In this document: positions 56,497 through 64,000 of the stretch, one piece after another
Layout of the letters: every line of letters begins with the position of its first letter
Numbering within the stretch: position 1 is the first letter of the stretch
Assembly: GCA_963781585.1 (NCBI GenBank)
Contig: CAWAGQ010000013.1
Location: forward strand, 256,001 to 320,000
From: an uncultured Gemmatimonadaceae bacterium
GTDB taxonomy: Bacteria; Gemmatimonadota; Gemmatimonadetes; Gemmatimonadales; Gemmatimonadaceae
DNA length: 64,000 bases
Direction of reading: 5' to 3'
Notes under the pieces: generated by a model
What the model saw: only the letters and a program-made list of their open reading frames with translations
Databases searched by the model: none
What the model was told of the DNA's origin: nothing
Program-made: the position numbers and the translations under genes

Positions 56497-56626
56497 GAAC
56501 AATTGCCGCTGTCGTGAATATCTGATCAATTCGACAACGGATCGCGAGTTGTGCAGGATGCGGACGTGTCTACGGGCAAGCGCGAGGGCGATGAAGCCGC
56601 CCAGGCTGCCGGAAGAGGTGCCGGCA

Positions 56627-57189
56627 TGAAGATGGCGTATCGAGAACGGTGGGAGGCGGAGATCGCGGCGATGCGGCGGGTGCTCGCCGGCTTTGCGATG
56701 CGGGAGGAGTGTAAGTGGGGTAAGCCGACCTACACGGTGGATGGGAAGAACATCGTCATCATGCAGGGCTTCAAAGAATACTTCGCGCTGGGCTTCTTTC
56801 AGGGCGCCCTGCTGAAGGACCCCAGGAAGGTGCTGGTGCAGCTCCGTCAGGTACACGCCGGGCGGGTGATGAAGTTCACCAGCGTGAAGGACATCACGGC
56901 GAAAGCAGCCACCATCAAGGCCTACGTGCGCGAAGCCATCGCAATGGAGAAGGCTGGGCGGCGGATGGAGCGCAGGAAAACCTCGGATTATCCGGTTCCC
57001 AAGGAGCTGGCGGAGAGTTTCCGAAGGGACCCGCGGTTCAAGCGCGCCTTCGAGGCGCTGACGCCGGGGCGGCAGCGGAGTTACCTCTACCACTTTGCCG
57101 CGGCCAAGCAGTCGGCGACGCGGGTGGCACGGATCGAAAAGGCGAGGCCGGCGATTTTCGAAGGCAGAGGGTTCCTGGAGAGGCGCTAG
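56627..57189 (+). CDS. YdeI/OmpD-associated (DUF1801 + OmdA) protein
   Basis: EECKWGKPTY, FFQGALLKDP, FEALTPGRQRSY, AKQSATRVARIEK; start uncertain. Confidence 0.85.
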
Positions 57190-57273
57190 TCATTCACAGC
57201 ACGACGGCCTGACCGGCCGGCTCCTCGAGGAGAAAGCGACCATGAGTCGTCGCAGTGACCGGTCGTTCGCGCC

Positions 57274-57357
57274 GGATAACCAGGCATGGCAGCGGATGAT
57301 TGGACTTCCTCGCTTCGCTCGCGCGGCCACTCGCCGCTGAATGCCACAACGTTAGGC
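57274..57357 (+). other. attC site
   Basis: GGATAAC-CAGGCATGGCAGCGGATGA...TCGCCGCTGAATGCCACAAC-GTTAGGC. Confidence 0.7.
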
Positions 57358-57361
57358 ATAC

Positions 57362-57559
57362 ATGACTGGAGGAATGGCAAGGATGAACGCACAACCCACC
57401 TCGCGGCAGACTCTTGGGAAGTGGACCGGCATCGGACTCGCACTTGGTGTGGCGCTCGGCGCAGCGTTAGGCAACGTTGGGCTCGGCGTGGCGTTCGGCG
57501 TTATAGCGGGTGCGGTGATGGGGGCAACGATAAGCAGGCGCTCGAAGGACGACGGCTGA
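57362..57559 (+). CDS. Small glycine-zipper membrane protein (cassette)
   Basis: GIGLALGVALGAALGNVGLGVAFGVIAGAVMG directly after GTTAGGC; start may be 57375 or 57383. Confidence 0.6.
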   Translation: MTGGMARMNAQPTSRQTLGKWTGIGLALGVALGAALGNVGLGVAFGVIAGAVMGATISRRSKDDG

Positions 57560-58427
57560 CCTGCACGTCACGCTCGGGCTGACCGTCGTGGTGGGCATGG
57601 TGGTGGCGCTCGTTCCAGCGCTGCTGTCGTGGCGCGGCGATCTCGCGCATGCCCTCCGCGGCGGGGCACGGGGCGGGCACAGCGAGGGGGCGCGGTTGCG
57701 TTCCGGATTGCTGGTCCTGCAGGCGACGCTCGCGGACGTGCTGCTGGTGGGCGCCTCGCTGTTCGTGCGCAGCCTCGATGCGGTGCGCGACCTGCGCATG
57801 TCGCCGAGGACGTGGTGCAGCAGAACCTGTCGGGCGGGACGCGCTACCACTTCTACATCCCCATCGAGCAGTTCACGCGGACCTGGGGGAATGGGCTCGT
57901 GGTTCGCGTACGGGGGGACGTGGCTCGCGAGGCCGGGGCCGTGCGGGATGCGCTGCAACGGGTCATCCCGGCCGCCGTCGTACGTCATGGTCCGGCGGCT
58001 CGACGACATCGTCGGCACCGCGCAGCGACCGTGGCGGCTGGGGGCGACGATGTTCAGCATGTTCGGGCTTCTCGCCCTGGTCGTGGCGTCGGTCGGACTG
58101 TACGGCACCATCAGCTATGGCGTGGCGCAGCGCATGCACGAACCTGGTGTGCGCGTGGCCCTGGGGGCGCAGCGAGGGAACATCATGCGCCTGGTGGTAG
58201 GCCACGGATTCTGGCTGGCGCTCGCGGGCACCGTCCTCGGCGCGTTGATCGCACTCGCCGCGGGGCCGCTGATCCAGCCGCTCCTCTTCCGGCAGTCGGT
58301 CCGTGATCCGATCGTGTTCGCGGGCGTCGCTGTGCTGATGGTGGGCCTGGCATTGCTCGCGAGCGCGGTGCCGGCGAGGCGTGCGGTGCGGGCGGACCCG
58401 AACTCGGCGCTGCGTTCGGCGGATTGA
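57560..58427 (+). pseudogene. Fragmented ADOP/MacB-FtsX ABC permease
   Basis: LLVGASLFVRSL; frameshifted middle; FGLLALVVASVGLYG...GVRVALGA...PARRAVRADP C-terminus; no N-terminus. Confidence 0.75.
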
Positions 58428-58648
58428 GCGCCTGACGCGGCAGCCGGAACCCGGTCCGCGCATGCGCCGGAGCGGCGAGGCCGGCGCGGCTTGCAGATGC
58501 CGGTGAGCCGCAGCGCCTCGTCCGCAGCGGGCGTGGGCATCGAACGCAGCGCTCCGCGGGAGGGGAGCGCCCAGCATGCGATTGCGGCGGGCCGATACCG
58601 ACATCAGAATGTCGCGTGTGGTAGTTTTCCAACGCACCGAGCGCCGCC

Positions 58649-58739
58649 GCTTACCGTGCTTGCTGCTGACGATCGGGTCCAGGAACCCCGCTGCGCTCGC
58701 GATGGCGTGATCGCCTCGCAGCAGAAGCTGTCGTTAGGC
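58649..58739 (+). other. Degenerate attC
   Basis: GCTTGCTGCTGACG...CGCAGCAGAAGC-TGTC-GTTAGGC. Confidence 0.6.
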
Positions 58740-58776
58740 AGCCGGTGGCGCGCCGAGCAGCCAGACGGGGACTGAA

Positions 58777-58944
58777 ATGAGAAGCCAGACCAGCACCGCA
58801 CTCTACGTAGTGTTGATGGCAGCCGTGATCGTCGCGATCGATGTGTTGTTCTTCAGGAACCGGTTCTGGGAACGGCTAACGGTGAACGTAGGAATCGTCC
58901 TGGTATTCGCAGCCTTCTACTTCAGATTCCTGACACGTCCATGA
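58777..58944 (+). CDS. 55-aa two-TM small protein (cassette; absent from the ORF track)
   Basis: MRSQTSTALYVVLMAAVIVAIDVLFFRNRFWERLTVNVGIVLVFAAFYFRFLTRP; cassette ends GTTAGGCAGCCGGTG / CACCCGCTGCTTAAC are nearly complementary. Confidence 0.7.
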   Translation: MRSQTSTALYVVLMAAVIVAIDVLFFRNRFWERLTVNVGIVLVFAAFYFRFLTRP

Positions 58945-59047
58945 CTATGGCGGAGGGCTCACGTGTGGCGATAGTTGGCCGCACCCGCTGCTTAACGCCT
59001 GGTGGTTGGGCCGGCAGGCCCACACATCAACTCTGAGAGGATGGGAC

Positions 59048-60527
59048 ATGCCTCCTGGACTCCGACAACTATTCAAGGGAACCCTGCTGCTCGCCTGCGC
59101 TACTGCTCAGACAGCGGCTCAGACGCCGGCGCTCTCGACGGCGCCAGTCGGGCAGCGGGATCTGTCCGAGTATGAGGGGCTCTACAACTACCGCGACGGT
59201 GGCAGGTTGTCCATCGTCGCAGGCGGCGACCGACTGGTGGCAGTCATCGGCGGAGCGAAGTATCGGCTTCGTGCCGCGGGCGTGGACACGTTCACGAACC
59301 CCGGAGGTGACCCGATTCCCTTTTTGCGTGACGCCAACGGTCGGATCGTGGCCTTCAAGGAGCACGATGATACGTTTCGGAGGCGCTCATCGAGCGTGCC
59401 GGTGTCCGTGCGGCTGCTGTTCGAGCCGCGTCCGAAGGACGCGGCAGGACGGCCGGTCGTCTACCATTACGCACCGCCCCGGCAGCTTGCGGACGGTATT
59501 CGCGCCGGCGTGGCTGGATCGGACACTCTCTGGCCGGCGGTTGCGGGGCGGCTCGTAGACGGCGTCATGGATCGGCACGTACCCCGATGTGCATTCGATC
59601 CTCGTCTATCACAAGGGTGCGTTTCGACTCGAGGAGTACTTCTACGGCTACAATCGCGATCGGCCGCACCAGATGCGCTCCCTCACCAAGAGCGTGATCT
59701 CGCTGCTTGCCGGAGTGGCCGTGGACCGGGGACTGCTCCGCGCCGATGAACCCGTGCTCGGGCAGCTCGGCTATCCGGCCTACCGGAATCCCGATGCTCG
59801 CAAGGGGCGAGTGACGCTGACGGACCTCCTGAGTAACCAGTCGGGCTTCGCCTGTGACGACCACGACGACGCTTCGCCGGGCAATGAGGTGAAGCTGTAC
59901 GACACGCCGGATTGGGTGAAGGCGTTCGTCGATCTGCCCATGGTGGCCGATCCGGGCACCGTCGGACGCTACTGCTCCGGCGGCATTCTCACGGCAGGCC
60001 GAATCGTCGAACGCGCGGCGGGCAAGTCCCTGCCGGCTTTCGCGCAGGAGGCCTTGTTCGGGCCGCTCGGTATTCAACGATCCGAGTGGCACTGGGACTT
60101 CAGGCTCGATCGCAGCCAGCGCAATGAGTTCGGGCAGATCTACCTCACGCCCCGTGACATGCTGAAGCTCGGGATCCTCATCCAGCGCCGCGGGGAGTGG
60201 GGAAACCGGCGGGTTGTGTCCACCACATGGATCGACGCCGCCGTTGCCCGGCAGTCGCATGTCGACGACAGCGACTACGGCCTGGGGATCTGGCATCGCT
60301 GGTACCGCGTGCAGGCGCGAAGCGGGGACCGCCGCGTCGACACCATCATGCTCTCGGGGAACGGCGGCCAGAAGGTGTATCTCGTTCCGTCCCTCGATCT
60401 GATCGTCGTATTCACGGGAGGTGCCTACAACACGGAGTCGCCTGCGAACGAGATGATGGCAGGGGTGCTCCTGCCGGCGCTGATTGAGGCCGAGGCGACC
60501 ATGTTGCGCCCCTCGGGTGGCGGCTGA
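59048..60527 (+). pseudogene. Serine hydrolase (class C beta-lactamase-like), one frameshift near 59570
   Basis: Signal peptide in 59006 frame; RSLTKS (SxxK), YCSG, SGNGGQ in 59589 frame. Confidence 0.75.
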
Positions 60528-60732
60528 GCGACAGGTCGTTAGGCTGCGGTAACAATCCTACGCACATGGCAATTGCAGGCGTCCGCCGCCTATGCGGCGA
60601 ATTCGGGCCAGTTTCTGAAGAACACATTTCCCCCGAAGGGAGGCTTCTGTTCGTTGCAGTCGCGATTGACTCATTCGACTGGCGTCAGCAGTCGCGGGGG
60701 ATACTGTGCCCTTGACCGTTAGGCTTTGGGAG

Positions 60733-60821
60733 GAAACGTTACAGCCGACAAGCCGCACACGAGCGTAGTTGGACTTCCAGGTTCAGCCCGCGGCTTGCGG
60801 GTGAACGTCAAGCCGTTAGGC
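60733..60821 (+). other. attC with degenerate R''
   Basis: ACGTTACAGCCGACAAGCCGC...GCGGCTTGCGGGTGAACGT-CAAGCC-GTTAGGC. Confidence 0.65.
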
Positions 60822-60842
60822 ATACGCATCAAGGACGTAATC

Positions 60843-61193
60843 ATGACGTCTGCTTCCATGTGGCCGGCGGAGCTCGACGCCCTCGTGGCGGCCCCCGCGC
60901 AGCATCGGCTGTTGCTGGAGAATGACAGGGTGCGCGTGCTGGACACGCGTATCGCTCCGGGTGAACGCACACCAGTGCACACGCACCAATGGCCTGCCGC
61001 ACACTACGTCGTGAGTTGGAGCGCGTTCGTACGGCGCGACGCCGAGGGCGCTGTGCTGCTGGATACCCGCGCAACCGCTGGCGCGCCAAGCCCGCCTTCC
61101 GCGCTCTGGGGTGAACCGCTCGCGCCGCATTCGCTGGAAAACGTCGGGCCAACGCCACTGCATGTCATCAGTGTCGAGCTGAAGACCGGGTGA
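60843..61193 (+). CDS. Cupin-domain protein (cassette)
   Basis: LLENDRVRVL...PGERTPVHTH...HSLENVG...VELK. Confidence 0.8.
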   Translation: MTSASMWPAELDALVAAPAQHRLLLENDRVRVLDTRIAPGERTPVHTHQWPAAHYVVSWSAFVRRDAEGAVLLDTRATAGAPSPPSALWGEPLAPHSLENVGPTPLHVISVELKTG

Positions 61194-61299
61194 CTGACCT
61201 GCGGGCGTTGATGACGCATTTCACACGGTCGCTGCCGGCGAACCTGGATGCCGAAGATGATCGCTGGCTCGTGACAATCCTCGCCGCGAGACCTCCCGC

Positions 61300-61869
61300 G
61301 TGAACGCCCGCCTCCCGGGACTGCTCGCACTGATCTGCTGTTGCGCCCAGGCGTCGGCGCAAGCGGGGAGGTGCCCGACGATCGAGCGCGCGGCCACGAT
61401 CGAGCGGATCGGCGCGTTCTCGAACACGCGCTACCGCGACGAGCACGCGTACGGCTATTCGGTGATGCTGTGGCGAGCCGGGGATTGCGTGTTCGGCCTG
61501 TTCGAATCCGCCCAGGGGCTCGCCGAGGACACACCGATCGGCGAGTTGCGCGACGTTACCTTTGACCGCCTTTCCGGTCTCCTGACGTTCTCGGCGAAGC
61601 TGACGACCGGGCTCACGACCACGCGCGGGTCGAACGCACTCGTACCCGCGCACGACCTGTTCTCGTTCAGCGGCACGCTGCAGGCGGACACGCTCAGGGG
61701 GGAGATCTCCCACGCCCTTGCCAACGAGCCGGGGGTCGCGGTGGCACGCACCACGGTCGTGCTTCCGGCGTCGAGCACGGCTGCCGAGCTGATGCTCGAC
61801 GCCGCGTCGTACGCGGACTGGGTGACGGCGTGGGAGCCGATCCTGAAGCGCCGCGGGCCGAAGTGGTAG
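61300..61869 (+). CDS. Secreted hypothetical protein
   Basis: Signal peptide [18 protein letters not shown] with plausible codon usage. Confidence 0.55.
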   Translation: MNARLPGLLALICCCAQASAQAGRCPTIERAATIERIGAFSNTRYRDEHAYGYSVMLWRAGDCVFGLFESAQGLAEDTPIGELRDVTFDRLSGLLTFSAKLTTGLTTTRGSNALVPAHDLFSFSGTLQADTLRGEISHALANEPGVAVARTTVVLPASSTAAELMLDAASYADWVTAWEPILKRRGPKW

Positions 61870-61915
61870 CCCGCCGGCGTTATGTCGATGCGCACTGCCT
61901 AACAAGGAGGTCCCG

Positions 61916-62401
61916 ATGAGCCCAAAAAAGAACAGGCAACAATCCGCCCAGACCGCCACCCCGGTGAACAAGCGGTCCAGGGGGTTCACAGACCCCGAAC
62001 GAATCGCGATGAAGGAGCGCGCCCATGAGCTGAAGTCCGACGCGCGACGCGGCCCGCGCGCGGACCAGGCGGATGGGGAAGGCGACGTGCTCGCGAAGAT
62101 TGCCGAGATGCCGGAACCGGATCGCATCATGGCCCGGCGGCTCCACGCGATCATCAAAGCCAGCGCGCCGACTCTCTCGCCGAAAACCTGGTACGGGATG
62201 CCCGCGTATGCGAAAGACGGAAACGTCGTCTGCTTCTTCCAAAGCGCGCAGAAGTTCAAGACGAGGTACGCAACGTTCGGGTTCAGCGACAATTCGAACC
62301 TCGACGACGGCGCGATGTGGCCCACGTCGTTCGCGCTGAAGCAATTGACCGCCACCGAAGAAGCCAGGATCGTCGCGCTCGTGAAGAAGGCCGTCAGTTG
62401 A
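61916..62401 (+). CDS. DUF1801/YdhG-like protein
   Basis: [18 protein letters not shown]...[14 protein letters not shown]...[22 protein letters not shown]. Confidence 0.85.
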   Translation: MSPKKNRQQSAQTATPVNKRSRGFTDPERIAMKERAHELKSDARRGPRADQADGEGDVLAKIAEMPEPDRIMARRLHAIIKASAPTLSPKTWYGMPAYAKDGNVVCFFQSAQKFKTRYATFGFSDNSNLDDGAMWPTSFALKQLTATEEARIVALVKKAVS

Positions 62402-62510
62402 GGTTTGCGGCACCTGCTCGTGATGGCGCCGTCAGCCGCAATCGGTGGCATTCTTCGCACGGGCCAACCAGCTCGGCAGACGAAGCGACCTGCCTGACGA
62501 AGCGACCCGG

Positions 62511-62948
62511 TTAGCGGGTCAGCGGCTCCAGAATCGCCACCGCGCGTCGGAGGACCTTCAGGTCCGCGGCGCTGACACCGCCGATCAGGGCTTCCATGGC
62601 GGCCAACCGTCGCGTCCGGGCGTCACGCAACACCCGTTCCCCTTCCCGGGTGGCGCGAATCCTGACCGCGCGCGCATCGTGCGGGTGCGGGGCCCGCGCT
62701 ACCAGGCGCTCCACTTCCATCGCCTGAATCAGGCGCGTCATCGTGGGCGGCCGCACGTGCTCGATGACTGCCAATTCGCCGAGCGTGCGCGGTCCTCCGC
62801 CCAGCACCAGCACCGACAGCACGGACAGTCGGGGACCGGTGATGCCGCCGCGGTCGTCGTGCCGGGCAACGCGCCGCAACAGGTGAACGGCGACCGAATG
62901 CAGCCGGTCGGCGATTGCCGCGCGGCTGTCACGGCGGGTGGACGGCAT
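62511..62948 (-). CDS. MarR-family regulator
   Basis: LSVLSVL...TLGELAVIEHVRPPTMTRLI...DARAVRIRATREG. Confidence 0.88.
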   Translation of the reverse strand: MPSTRRDSRAAIADRLHSVAVHLLRRVARHDDRGGITGPRLSVLSVLVLGGGPRTLGELAVIEHVRPPTMTRLIQAMEVERLVARAPHPHDARAVRIRATREGERVLRDARTRRLAAMEALIGGVSAADLKVLRRAVAILEPLTR

Positions 62949-63098
62949 GGGTCTCTCCGGCCGGCCCGCGCCCGGCTCCCGGGGGCTTGCGCGCCGGCGC
63001 GCTGGCGATTAGTTAGGTACGCTAACTAAATAACAGCGCATCGCGCCCGGCACAAGGGCACCGGGCCCGGCGCCGCGCGCGGACCCCGGGAGCACTTC

Positions 63099-63797
63099 AT
63101 GCCGACGCTGAGCGAATTGCAGGCCGCCATTCGGGCGCGCGACCTCCCACAGGTGAAGACGATACTGGCGGCCGCGCCCGCGCTGGCCGCTGAGCGCCCC
63201 GCGGGGAGTGCGAGCGCCACGCTGCTCGCGGTCTATGTGGGATCGTCGGAGATGGTGGATCTGCTGATGCCGCTGGTGACGCCCGATGCCTGCGAGGCGG
63301 CAGCGCTGGGCGCCGCCGACCGGCTGCACCAGTTGCTGGACGCAGATCCGTCGCAAGTGAACGCCAGGAGCGGTGACGGATGGACACCGCTCCATCTGGC
63401 CGGCTTCTTCGGACGACGCGAGGCGGCCGAACTGCTCCTCGCCCGGGGTGCCCCGGTCGCCGCGGTCGCCGACACTCCGGACCGGAACCAGCCGTTGCAG
63501 GCGTCGTTGTCGGGCAACCTCGACGAGGCCATCGTGCGCGCCCTCGTGGCGCACGGAGCCGACGTCAATGCCGCCGGTGCCAGCGGCGTTACCGCCCTCC
63601 ACAGCGCGGCCGCCCGCGGAAGCGAGACCATGGTGCGGTTTCTTCTGGAGCACGGCGCGCGCGCGAATGCCACGCTCGGCGACGGGCGCACCCCGGCCGA
63701 TCTCGCCGACGAGCGCGGCCACGCGGCCGTGCGCGACCTGCTGCGCGCGGTCGCCGGCGGATCGGCGGAATCGGCTCGCCAGGCCTGGGCGCCGTGA
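63099..63797 (+). CDS. Ankyrin-repeat protein
   Basis: DGWTPLHLAGFFG, GADVNA, GVTALHSAA, GRTPADLA. Confidence 0.88.
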   Translation: MPTLSELQAAIRARDLPQVKTILAAAPALAAERPAGSASATLLAVYVGSSEMVDLLMPLVTPDACEAAALGAADRLHQLLDADPSQVNARSGDGWTPLHLAGFFGRREAAELLLARGAPVAAVADTPDRNQPLQASLSGNLDEAIVRALVAHGADVNAAGASGVTALHSAAARGSETMVRFLLEHGARANATLGDGRTPADLADERGHAAVRDLLRAVAGGSAESARQAWAP

Positions 63798-63903
63798 TGC
63801 GCGAGCCCAGGTGATATTGCTTTCCATTGCAAAGTACTCTATGCTATGTCCGGAGATGGCAGTCCCGTGATACCTCGAAGCCAACCCGCTCCGGAACCGC
63901 CGA

Positions 63904-64000
63904 ATGAACTGGTCGTCACTGCTGAAGCGCCCGAGCGCCTTTCTCCCCGTGGCCATGTCGCTCGCCGCACTCGCCGTCGTGCTGGGCTACCTCGCCATGT
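63904..64000 (+). CDS. Membrane protein, 5' partial
   Basis: MNWSSLLKRPSAFLPVAMSLAALAVVLGYLAM... Confidence 0.5.
   Translation, partial: MNWSSLLKRPSAFLPVAMSLAALAVVLGYLAM

Overview
High-GC bacterial window; the gene content (SusC/SusD pair, VPS10/BNR glycosyl hydrolases, tricorn and S9 peptidases, ADOP-type permease fragment, NHL proteins) suggests Gemmatimonadota or a similar lineage (inference). Bases 1-42.8 kb are intact, mostly secreted or periplasmic catabolic genes, many carrying Gly/Arg-rich 'GGRGG' inserts. From 43.0 kb there is a decaying integron: an internally deleted intI pseudogene pointing TOWARDS its cassettes, an attI-like core at 43504, and at least 8 intact or degenerate attC sites out to about 61.9 kb. 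The first cassette appears to be a single unit of about 8 kb (its start GTTAGACGCCT is the exact reverse complement of AGGCGTCTAAC at the first attC). It carries a type II Thoeris pair (TIR ThsB + TM-Macro ThsA) translationally coupled to a PLD-SNF2 helicase, an N6-adenine Eco57I-like methyltransferase and a DprA/SLOG remnant. The second cassette is a tyrosine recombinase + IS91-like HUH transposase module bounded by 17-bp inverted ends that double as the attC R'/R'' boxes. Family assignments come from motif recognition only; no database searches were run.
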